IMG/VR virus record: IMGVR_UViG_3300027754_000041
Span: 1-64,000 of that record
Length of the DNA stretch: 64,000 bases
DNA from: a virus
Taxonomy: Duplodnaviria; Caudoviricetes
Reading direction: 5' to 3' (one strand)
Positions within the stretch are counted from its first letter, which is position 1. Each line of letters opens with the position of its first letter. Under the pieces are notes generated by a model. The model was not told the DNA's origin and ran no database searches. It worked only from the letters and a program-made list of their open reading frames with translations. A program made the translations under genes and the position numbers. Shown here one piece after another: positions 1 to 9,006 of the stretch.

Positions 1-93
1 ATCTTATTGCGACCAAAGAAGGTCTAATAAAAATTAGCCAATTGACCTTGCTGGAAACAGTTAAAGAAATGAACTACCGTACAGACGCATTGC

Positions 94-1806
94 TTGAAAT
101 CTGCGAATCACACCAATTGCTTATCGAGCAGTTGGCAGACAAGATCGTTGAATTGCAAGATAAACTTGATAATGTGTCAAGTCACCAAATTATTAGTCTC
201 AACTGAAAGGATTGTTATGACATCAGAAGATACCGTATGGCAAATCTCAAGTGCCATCATCGCTGCAATGTTTCCACCTAAATCATGGTGCGAAGAAGCA
301 ACCAACAATGACCTTGACAAAGCATTGTTCAGGGTCCTCAACAGTGAAGGGGAATCAAAAATCTCTCACATCAAAGGATTGAACAAATTGGATGAAGTGC
401 TGGCTACTCTTGCTAAAGAAGCAGGAATAAAATAATGGAGAACATTATGCCTCTCCTCATTTCAGCAATCTTCGTTATTTCAGCAATCTTCGTTCGCGGG
501 ATTACTCGTTATGTCGCCAGCATGCCAGGACGATACAGTCCCCGCAAGCATAAATGTGATAATCATCAACTTTACTTTGAAGATGAACTTTCACGCGGAA
601 CATTTTGTTCTGTATGCAACAAAACAATTGATGAAGAAATATTTAAACCTAAGGAATAAGTCGGAAAGGACTTAAACCATGAACATTCAAGTAATTAATG
701 ATGTACCACGCAAAGGACTATGTGGCATATGTCACAAAGCCAAATTAACATTAACAGTATCCATTACACCCAAGGGAAGTCCTATAGTCACCACTGAAGA
801 TTGGTGTCTAGAAGATTACCACACTCTACTCAACAAAACATTAACCTCAACAGAAAGATAACACCATGCAAATCAAAAGATATACACAAACAACACCAGG
901 AATAAACAAATACGGATTCAATGTGTTCAACGCAGACGGTACATCATTGCCCAAAGGTATGTTCAACTACTTTATGGCAACCGAAACACCAAAAAATGGT
1001 AAAGCTGAGTTGTCCCCATACCCGCAAGACAACCATGTAGAAATAGAATTCAGTGTGCAATCACCTACAGGTGACTCATCTGATCATCACAACTATGGTT
1101 ACCCATGCAAAACAATGATACAAGCACAATTCATTATTGATATGTATCACAACATGGCTCATGATTACATTTATGCTTTGGATAATGTATTATGAGAACA
1201 TTTGGCTTAGTCTTTACATCTTTTCTTGCGGGCGTATTCACAATGATAATGTGTGTTCGCAAAATGTTTAAAACAATGGGAGAACAGTTATGAAAAAACT
1301 TACAATCATCACCACAACAATAGCATTTGTTATTGCTGGCTTAGCAATATACATCAAGAAAATGAAACTATTCAAAAAGGATAAATCATGAACTATAAAA
1401 AACTATTCTTCGGATATCTAGCATTTAACTTCATATGTGGAGCAATTTTAGGTGTGCTCAATTCTAAAGCAAGTAAGCCAACACTTAAAGTAAGAACTAA
1501 GAATGGCTTCCAAACTGAAGAAATGCAAGAAATATATAACCACTACATTGAGCAAGCCCGAAACAAATATGGGCACGAACATGAAAAGGAAGTAGCATGA
1601 ACGGTTGGATCGCATTAGCAATTTATGTAAGCATAGATCTCACTCTAACAATTGGATTGTTTATTTACAAAAACAATCTAAAGAAGAAGCGTGTTCAAGA
1701 AATCATTCAAGCATTAGATTTCCCTGAATGGGTAAACAATGACATTGATGACAAATTCAACAGCATTGTAGGACGCTTGAACCACCCAACATACAAACAA
1801 AAATAG
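94..1806 (+). CDS. Run of small hypothetical early phage ORFs (partial ORF ending 435, 435-659, 679-861, 866-1195, 1388-1600, 1597-1806)
   Basis: Tightly packed co-oriented ORFs with AGGA-type RBSs and overlapping stop/start codons; several have one N-terminal TM helix or CxxC pairs. Confidence 0.65.
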
Positions 1807-1913
1807 GAATAAGTCGGGTCTCATCTTGAAAGGGGGTGACCGTTTGTTTGATTGGCTATTTGATATTATTCATGAAATTATAAATTCACTATTCAACTAA
1901 GGAGAAAAACACT

Positions 1914-2081
1914 ATGTTAGGCAAAATTATTGGAAAAGTCACAGGAAAAAGCGTTGAAGTAATCACTTCTACGCCAACATTTGTGACAAACACAACAAAG
2001 TCAACAATGGAAGCACTCAAAAACGCTAAAGAGAACTTCGTAACAGAATTCAAAACTGAAATTGACAAGTCTGAGCAATAA
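1914..2081 (+). CDS. 55-aa hypothetical protein (MLGKIIGKVTG...), below the ORF-track cutoff
   Basis: AAGGAG RBS, ATG at 1914, TAA at 2079-2081. Confidence 0.6.
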   Translation: MLGKIIGKVTGKSVEVITSTPTFVTNTTKSTMEALKNAKENFVTEFKTEIDKSEQ

Positions 2082-2169
2082 CTCTTAGACTAAAACAAAA
2101 ATTTGGGCTAGTCCCGAAATAAATAAAGCAATATCATATCCATATAATACAACTCAAAGGAATAAATAC

Positions 2170-3213
2170 ATGTCATTACTCGAAAAATTCGGATACAAGA
2201 AAGACGAGTTTGCAATTGTTCTGGAAAAACCAGAATTGTTTGCATCAAACTCAAAAACCACCAAGATTAAAGTTGGTGAAGTAACACCTATTGCTGGATC
2301 CATCAATGGAGTCTCAGTACCAACCACAATCTTGGTTAAAAACGCGAATTGGAGCAGACTTACCGTCCGTGACCACATGATTCGTCGTCAAAACGAAGAA
2401 CCACGCCTAAGCCAAGTATTTGGTGGTGTATTCAACAACTTTCAAGCAGAAGTAACACTTGAAGTTGACGGAACATCAATGAGCCTGTACGATTTGCTTC
2501 GTCAGTTCTGTGTTGAGAGTTTCGGCACAGGCTTGTCAGAAGATAAAATCAACGAAATGCTCAAGTCAAACTTGTCATTGAATGGTTTGCGCAATGGTGG
2601 ACCACTGATGTTCCAACAAATGGGTGCTAGCGTCGCTGGTATTTCCCATGCTGTTGAAACATTCCGTGCTGCTGGAGCAATTGACGATATGAAGTCAGTA
2701 GCAAACAGCCCATCGTTCAACACAGCATACAAGATGACTGGCGATAACGCTGGTCTTGAAGTTGTATCCTTTGAACTCAGTTCATCCAATCGTGCGTTGT
2801 CAAAGACAGAGCAAGGCTTTGTTGACATCGTAAGTGCAGTAACTGAGAACTTTGAGCGTATCAAGAACCATAAGGCAGTTGCTTCTGCTTTGTCCGACAC
2901 AATGAATGCCAATTTGGCAACAATGTCACAGGATCAAATTAAGAAAGCACAGTCTGAGATTGACATTGAGTTGAACTTGGCTAAAGATTACGGTAACTGC
3001 TGGTCAGGTGCTGCGCGTCAAACCAAGATTGACAATGGTCGCAAGATCGTTGAGAACAAGTACAATGCTGTTAATGCCCCTTGTGGTCGTTGGTCAGCAC
3101 TTGTTAATGGCGAAGTTGTGGACTTTGATGTATGGTCAAACTCAACAAAAGCACCATCACAGACAACAGAACAACTTGTTACAGCGATTTCTTCGCTTGA
3201 AGAGCCGTTCTAA
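2170..3213 (+). CDS. Hypothetical protein, 347 aa, acidic EEPF C-terminus
   Basis: Long ORF with AAGGA RBS; codon choice looks biased, as in highly expressed genes. Confidence 0.85.
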   Translation: MSLLEKFGYKKDEFAIVLEKPELFASNSKTTKIKVGEVTPIAGSINGVSVPTTILVKNANWSRLTVRDHMIRRQNEEPRLSQVFGGVFNNFQAEVTLEVDGTSMSLYDLLRQFCVESFGTGLSEDKINEMLKSNLSLNGLRNGGPLMFQQMGASVAGISHAVETFRAAGAIDDMKSVANSPSFNTAYKMTGDNAGLEVVSFELSSSNRALSKTEQGFVDIVSAVTENFERIKNHKAVASALSDTMNANLATMSQDQIKKAQSEIDIELNLAKDYGNCWSGAARQTKIDNGRKIVENKYNAVNAPCGRWSALVNGEVVDFDVWSNSTKAPSQTTEQLVTAISSLEEPF

Positions 3214-3321
3214 TACTGTAGACAAATGTTATGGGTGGTGTGGGTTGACCTACCTCATGGTGATATGCGCACCACCCATACTTAAGTAATAAGAATAAAG
3301 AAACAAACGAAGGGAACAAAC

Positions 3322-3612
3322 ATGTACACAATCGCACTTGTGGTAATGCTTGGTCTTATCGCTGGAGTGGTGCTTGAGTTGTTAGTGGAAAAACTTCCAT
3401 TTATCAACAAAATCCCAGTCATTGGCGATAACGCTGTGCTATACATTGTTGTATCCGTACTTATCGTTTGGCTTACAGACACTTCGGTGCTTGGAGCCTT
3501 CGGTATCGGAGCAACAGACAAATGGATTGATGTAGTGGGCTCAGGATTCGCAGTTGCCGTAGTAAATACGACAGTTGTCCATTCTTTGGTCAACTACCTC
3601 GACAAAAAGTAA
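3322..3612 (+). CDS. Small membrane protein (about 3 TM)
   Basis: Three hydrophobic segments, RBS AAGGG. Confidence 0.75.
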   Translation: MYTIALVVMLGLIAGVVLELLVEKLPFINKIPVIGDNAVLYIVVSVLIVWLTDTSVLGAFGIGATDKWIDVVGSGFAVAVVNTTVVHSLVNYLDKK

Positions 3613-3739
3613 ATTTAGATTTATAGTGGGTAGTAGATGTCAACATATCCCGTTGATATGTGTGAACCAACCGTTTACTACCCACTATTCTAAATAGTAT
3701 TATAAAAAAAATTTTAGCTAATACAAAAAGGAACAATAC

Positions 3740-4003
3740 ATGAACATAGACGAATTCAACAGAAGAAATGGGCGAGAATGGATGATAAACGCCGCATGTG
3801 CTAAAAGGCCAGATGTTAATTTCTTTCCCGAACAAAGTGGTGGAGCATACTATCCCGCCAAAGAAGTATGTGAAACATGTGTAGTCAAAGCAGAATGCCT
3901 AGAGTATGCTCTAAAATATGTAGAAAAATATGGTGTATGGGGTGGAGTAGGAGCCCGCGCAAGAGTAAAAATGAGACAAAAACGAAGGGAACAGGCACAA
4001 TGA
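3740..4003 (+). CDS. whiB: WhiB-family Fe-S transcription factor
   Basis: W..AAC, FFP, CETC..KAEC..YAL and GVWGG turn, basic C-terminal tail. Confidence 0.92.
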   Translation: MNIDEFNRRNGREWMINAACAKRPDVNFFPEQSGGAYYPAKEVCETCVVKAECLEYALKYVEKYGVWGGVGARARVKMRQKRREQAQ

Positions 4004-4377
4004 GTGAATATCCAACAGATTATCCTCGTCGCGGTTTTCACATCTGTCATGGGTGTGGAAATATGGCTCCGCATCATACTCAAAAAGACATTTCAGACAA
4101 TGGTTGGGCATTCGATCTTAATAGTTTCGGATCCTACGGTGGATTCACAGACCCAATAGGAGAACAGCCAGAATGGGTAAGATTATGTCACGACTGTGTA
4201 CTCAAATTCTTAAATACCTTTCCATTAATTGGACTGCTCGTAAAAGCAGGAAACCATAGCCAATTCGGCCCCAACGAAAAACCATGCTGCAAATATGCAT
4301 GGAAAGCCGAATGGATAGGAGAAAGCAGCATAACCTATATAGCTTCAGAAGATGGCCAACAATGGATAGCCAGATAA
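4000..4377 (+). CDS. Hypothetical Cys-rich (Zn-binding) protein
   Basis: ATG at 4000 overlaps the whiB stop (ATGA); CHGC and CHDC motifs. Confidence 0.7.
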   Translation: MSEYPTDYPRRGFHICHGCGNMAPHHTQKDISDNGWAFDLNSFGSYGGFTDPIGEQPEWVRLCHDCVLKFLNTFPLIGLLVKAGNHSQFGPNEKPCCKYAWKAEWIGESSITYIASEDGQQWIAR

Positions 4378-4532
4378 GATCTATACTTCCCTATATGATA
4401 ATACTAATCCCCAAACCTTTTTTCTTGGGGCGAGCGAAGCGAGCCCCTATATTAACACATAGCCCCCGATAAGGGGCTTCTAAAAAAATTTCGAGTAGAT
4501 CTCAGATCGCCGAAAAAAAAAGATATATTAAG

Positions 4533-4561
4533 TTGTCAAACATATTATATAATGCTATACT
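4533..4561 (+). promoter_or_regulatory. Sigma70/SigA-type promoter
   Basis: TTGTCA-17 nt-TATACT with extended -10 TG, upstream of ORF 4601. Confidence 0.7.
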
Positions 4562-4600
4562 TACCAATGTAAGTAAAACACCAATATAAGGAGACATGTT

Positions 4601-4810
4601 ATGCCTCGGCAACATCAATCTAAAGCAGTTCGGAAAATCCTCCAAGAATTAACCCGATTAGGATTCAAAGTCGATCAAAACCGTTCAGGAGTATATCGGA
4701 TCATCCCCCCAAAAGGGGTAGGAGGACCCACATATACTACACACGGCACAGAATCAGCGTTGCATCCAATGCGCCGAGATTTCAAAAAATATTATAACAT
4801 AACCTTATAA
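4601..4810 (+). CDS. HicA-like small protein
   Basis: 69 aa, L.rLGF, beta-hairpin, conserved His (TTHGT); strong AAGGAG RBS. Confidence 0.55.
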   Translation: MPRQHQSKAVRKILQELTRLGFKVDQNRSGVYRIIPPKGVGGPTYTTHGTESALHPMRRDFKKYYNITL

Positions 4811-5149
4811 AAACTGTTTTGCTTACAAGGGGGAGTTCACTCTTGTATAGCTACTAGGTGTGGTGGTAAACTATATCATATGTCGTGGGCTCCCCCACTT
4901 TACCCCACAACAACCCACAAAATGTTAGACAAATAAGAATAAGGATACCTCTCGGGCCACTGCCCATTATAACCTATATAAATCTGTATATGATACACAT
5001 ACCTGTGTACACACAGATACAGTACACAAGTGTACACATATAGGAATAAGACGGGGTATCAATGCCTAGTCCGTTAAGGACAATATTAGAATAAGATTAG
5101 AATACAATTAGTATTACACACCTACAAGTATCACGAAAGGATACATACC

Positions 5150-5596
5150 ATGTTATTCAGTATGATGATTGCATTAGCTATAGCTTCTACTGTAGTTGAG
5201 ATGATGTTTGCGGCGAGATTTCCAATCTGGCGTAAAAACGCTCACAAATACAAATGGGTTAATATGACCCTATCAATACTCTTATCATTCATCCTAGGCG
5301 TAATGTTCGGTGCAGCCGGACTTATCACCCTTGGAGCAGCAATGATATCTACAGTATTATCTATCCCTGGATACCAATTCCTACATTGGGCATATGACTC
5401 TCCCCAAGCATTAAAACATAATGGCAATATGATAGTTCATTTGCGGGCGAAATGGGGACAAGTATTCAAAGACTTGGCCAAAATGATTTACGGATTACTC
5501 CGTATCATCACAGCCCCAATATGGGTAACAGTCAAAATCATCCAGAAGATAAACAAACTAAACAATAAAATTCAATCCAGAAGAGCACACGCATGA
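5150..5596 (+). CDS. Membrane protein
   Basis: Several hydrophobic helices, RBS AAGGA. Confidence 0.75.
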   Translation: MLFSMMIALAIASTVVEMMFAARFPIWRKNAHKYKWVNMTLSILLSFILGVMFGAAGLITLGAAMISTVLSIPGYQFLHWAYDSPQALKHNGNMIVHLRAKWGQVFKDLAKMIYGLLRIITAPIWVTVKIIQKINKLNNKIQSRRAHA

Positions 5597-5838
5597 TATC
5601 TATACTCTATAGAATATTAAGATCAATCTTTATTGGACTAACGAAAAGAAAATGAACACTTTAAACAGAAAATGTACATCCTCAACAAGTAACAATACAC
5701 CATGTAAACGCAGAGCCACATCATTCAGTGTATACTGTACAGTACACATACAACCACACAAAAGAACCAAACCCCTACTAACACCAAAGGCTACAACATA
5801 AAAGGTCAAAAAATTACAAAAAATTTTGCGCCGAACTG

Positions 5839-5911
5839 GCCTTGGTAGCTCAGGGGATAGAGCAACGGACTTCTAATCCGCAGGTCGTAGGTTCAATTCC
5901 TACCCAAGGCG
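5839..5911 (+). tRNA. tRNA-Arg(TCT)
   Basis: GCCTTGG/CCAAGGC acceptor stem, loop CTTCTAA, GTTCAATT T-loop. Confidence 0.93.
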
Positions 5912-5958
5912 CTCCAGTACAAACACAAAACAATGACTAACTAAGCATTGGAAGTACC

Positions 5959-6321
5959 ATGACTAAACACTCAATAAACTGGGATGAACACTACTTTATA
6001 CTCTATAAAGTAAACCCAGACAGAACCATTACTTCAGTATCTAAACCTAAACCTATTACACTATGTGATAACAAAAATGGTCAAAAATTCTACGGCGTTC
6101 GAGCCGGCAAATACGGCATGTACGTACCTTCAGACGCACAACGCTGGGGTATCTTTAGCTTTAAAGATAACATTTGGAAAGCACATTTCTCAGAATTAAT
6201 GCCCGAATCATATCAGCGGCAAGTCATCACACTTGGTGACGGACGTATAGCATACTGTCGCCGCGGCAAAACAAATCTCAACTTCTCTATTACCATAAAG
6301 AAAGATAAGGAAATATCATGA
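5959..6321 (+). CDS. Hypothetical protein
   Basis: 120-aa ORF with ATGA coupling to the next gene. Confidence 0.7.
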   Translation: MTKHSINWDEHYFILYKVNPDRTITSVSKPKPITLCDNKNGQKFYGVRAGKYGMYVPSDAQRWGIFSFKDNIWKAHFSELMPESYQRQVITLGDGRIAYCRRGKTNLNFSITIKKDKEIS

Positions 6322-6932
6322 CCACCATACGAATTACACTTCCAAACAACATCATTGTAGAAACAGACTTTACATCTGCAATGGCTATCATCAACGGATA
6401 CAGCTCAAATACAGCAACACCTAAGCAGGATAGAGCAGAACAAATCAAGGCAAACAATGCTTTAATTGCTCCTAAATTAGCCCTTGAAGCTAAAAAAGTT
6501 CAAGCTAAAATCAATCAAAATAATTTGTATAGTCCTCAAGTTATTGAGTACAATCCAATGGAATTGCTCACAGCACAACAGCGCAAGATTCTATCTGCGT
6601 CATTCCATTATGCCCCATCTAAAGATAAGTCTAAAGGACGAGCAGCCTATGTAGCTGCTATACTTATGGACTTTCAAATCCATACTATCAAAGAAATTGC
6701 TACCCTTTCAGGTGCCAATTTATCAACTATAGGATTCGCTATTGACCGCTTGCGAGAAATCGGATCACAAATAGATACTACTTCTGAAAGATTAGGATCT
6801 AAAACTATGGTCCAACTTAACATATTAGTTAAGCCAAATCCTAGAAGAATTTATGCTAAGGCCCACAGCGTAAAAACAGCTACAAAATCTCAAGCCAGCA
6901 CATCTGATGGCTTCAACAATCTAACGGTTTAA
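6318..6932 (+). CDS. Hypothetical protein with probable HTH
   Basis: TIKEIATLSGANLSTIGFAIDRLREIG resembles a winged HTH. Confidence 0.6.
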   Translation: MTTIRITLPNNIIVETDFTSAMAIINGYSSNTATPKQDRAEQIKANNALIAPKLALEAKKVQAKINQNNLYSPQVIEYNPMELLTAQQRKILSASFHYAPSKDKSKGRAAYVAAILMDFQIHTIKEIATLSGANLSTIGFAIDRLREIGSQIDTTSERLGSKTMVQLNILVKPNPRRIYAKAHSVKTATKSQASTSDGFNNLTV

Positions 6933-7043
6933 CCGTTAAACAGAAGTAAGTTGTGGGTTATGCATCTCAGCCAGTTCATGGACTGATTGTATAAGGACCC
7001 TTTCGACTAAACTCCCCAGTTTAGTTCCGCTCCGTTCCCCAAC

Positions 7044-7523
7044 GTGAGCCCCACACTTGCTATATTCTATATAGAAAGTAGTTATATGTTTATACCAGAA
7101 CTACCTGACAACGTCAACCAAATATTAGTGGTACACCACTCACTATGGAACCATGCACCAACTATTAAATATGGTGGTATTTCATACTCAACATATACTC
7201 CATCCCATGAAGGATATACGTCTGTCATTCTTCCAAATGACAACGCTAAAAACTTTTTGTGGATCACACAAAATCTTAACAAGTCATCCTATGCTACTTC
7301 AGAAATAACCAAAGCTCAAACTCTTGGTCATGTCAAACGTATCACCTGGATAGTTGACAACAACGATAATAAATTTAATTATTGCGGCATGGTAAAAACA
7401 TGCGCATACTTTGATTCTACTCAAGATATTTTTATCGAAAAATACATTGGAGATACTACCAAGGTGATCTATTCTTCAGATCCAACTTACGCTAGTTATG
7501 TCTCTCCACAATCAAGATACTAA
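7044..7523 (+). CDS. Hypothetical protein (true start probably ATG at 7086)
   Basis: Open frame of normal composition. Confidence 0.65.
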   Translation: MSPTLAIFYIESSYMFIPELPDNVNQILVVHHSLWNHAPTIKYGGISYSTYTPSHEGYTSVILPNDNAKNFLWITQNLNKSSYATSEITKAQTLGHVKRITWIVDNNDNKFNYCGMVKTCAYFDSTQDIFIEKYIGDTTKVIYSSDPTYASYVSPQSRY

Positions 7524-7703
7524 CTCAAAAATGTTAGATATCAAATTTTATATACCTTTTATGCAATCGCATACATTATATATATATTTCTTGTAATCTT
7601 ATATTTCATAAAATTAACTATTACATACAAAATTCTCATATTATATTATATATTCTATACACCCTTATACACCTTTCATTACACAAATAAAGGAATCATT
7701 ATC

Positions 7704-7913
7704 ATGGCAAAACCATCAAAAACTCCAATCATCCAAGAATTCATTGCTAAAAATTCTGGCAATACATTCTCAACAAAAGATATGTGTAAGGAAATTGGCG
7801 TTAGCCTTCCTACACTTCTTTCATACATTAAAACCAATCCTTCAATGTTTACACTCACCAGCTATGGTGTCTACAAAATTGAATCATCGATCACAGCATC
7901 GGAAACATACTAA
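7704..7913 (+). CDS. Small winged-HTH protein
   Basis: FSTKDMCKEIGVSLPTL...YGVYKI; AAGGA RBS. Confidence 0.65.
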   Translation: MAKPSKTPIIQEFIAKNSGNTFSTKDMCKEIGVSLPTLLSYIKTNPSMFTLTSYGVYKIESSITASETY

Positions 7914-8051
7914 TACATATGCACAAATAAAGAATGAAACTTAACTTTTATTCTTTATACAGGTACTATTCATCTATCGTTAATATAACGGTAGCGCAGG
8001 TAAGTCTAGGCTTACCATCCTTCAATAAAGGATAATGTACTGAATACACAC

Positions 8052-8080
8052 TTGTTACACCACCATATATGTGCTAGAAT
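8052..8080 (+). promoter_or_regulatory. Sigma70-type promoter upstream of the structured leader and transglycosylase
   Basis: TTGTTA-17 nt-TAGAAT with extended -10 TG. Confidence 0.6.
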
Positions 8081-8088
8081 AATACCAA

Positions 8089-8222
8089 TGCCCGTAACCA
8101 GCGGGCAGGGGAATAATCCCTAACGTAACAGAGAAATACTGTGAAGTCGGAGATGGCTAACCTTGCCACTGTGACGGGCATGTTCGTATATGTCCGCACA
8201 TCTTCGGTTTCGCAACCTGCGC
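8089..8222 (+). ncRNA. Structured 5' leader (candidate cis-regulatory RNA)
   Basis: Hairpins TGCCCG/CGGGCA and GGGA/TCCC; long stem 8140-8155 with 8199-8214 enclosing two further hairpins. Confidence 0.45.
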
Positions 8223-8280
8223 CGTACTAATGGTTTTCACTTCGAAAATCAGACAAAGACGAAAAGGAGCGAACACGGAA

Positions 8281-8883
8281 ATGCAGAATACTAAATACAA
8301 AATACAGATATCAATATTTGCAGCTTTCCTTGCTATGGCAAGTGGAGCTCAAGCAATGATGTCTGAATCCATCCAGGAGCCTCCTAGTACAAGCACTGCA
8401 ATAGTGCTTACTAGTAACATCTTAGATGAATCTCTAGTGATAGAGAAACAAACTGAACCTATCCAATTTAGACACGGTGACGTGTCATGGCTACCCGAAC
8501 TTGCCTCGCAAGCAGGATGGCCTAAAAACACTTGGAAACGCTTAGGACAGATTATCTTACGAGAATCAGGCGGTTGTCCAAACCGCATTGGTAGTTCTAT
8601 CGTAGATGAGAACTGCAATATCACTGGATACACTAGAGCAACTAATAGGTCAGATTCTGGCTTACTCCAAATCAATGGAGTTAACTGGGATCCTAAACGA
8701 TCTGGTACACAACTTCTTTGTGCAGAATACAAAATCTGTACACAAGAACAGTTACTAGACGCTTTAACCAACCTTAAAGCTGGATACATCTTGTACCAGC
8801 GTGCTGGTTGGGGACCTTGGGATCCTTGCCAATGGGGACCAGCATTTGCTTCCCGATGCGTAAAATCTGCATCAATGCCTTAA
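8281..8883 (+). CDS. Secreted lytic transglycosylase (SLT/lysozyme-like)
   Basis: Signal peptide; catalytic RESGG, DSGLLQIN, GWGPW motifs; AAGGAG RBS. Confidence 0.85.
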   Translation: MQNTKYKIQISIFAAFLAMASGAQAMMSESIQEPPSTSTAIVLTSNILDESLVIEKQTEPIQFRHGDVSWLPELASQAGWPKNTWKRLGQIILRESGGCPNRIGSSIVDENCNITGYTRATNRSDSGLLQINGVNWDPKRSGTQLLCAEYKICTQEQLLDALTNLKAGYILYQRAGWGPWDPCQWGPAFASRCVKSASMP

Positions 8884-8915
8884 TATTTAATTCAAAGGCA
8901 TAGATCTATAGGAAT

Positions 8916-8945
8916 AAGGGGGGCCGCAAGGCCCCCTTTATATTT
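8916..8945 (+). terminator. Intrinsic terminator
   Basis: GGGGGGCC-GCAA-GGCCCCCTTT hairpin after the SLT gene. Confidence 0.75.
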
Positions 8946-9006
8946 AACCCAAAAAATGTTTTTTTTATACTAAATCAAAATAAAAACAACACCCTACGAA
9001 AGGTAC

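Noticed and set aside
8140-8180. Cobalamin or c-di-AMP riboswitch, suggested by GCCACTG and the gene context
   Set aside because: The other conserved boxes are absent or in the wrong order.
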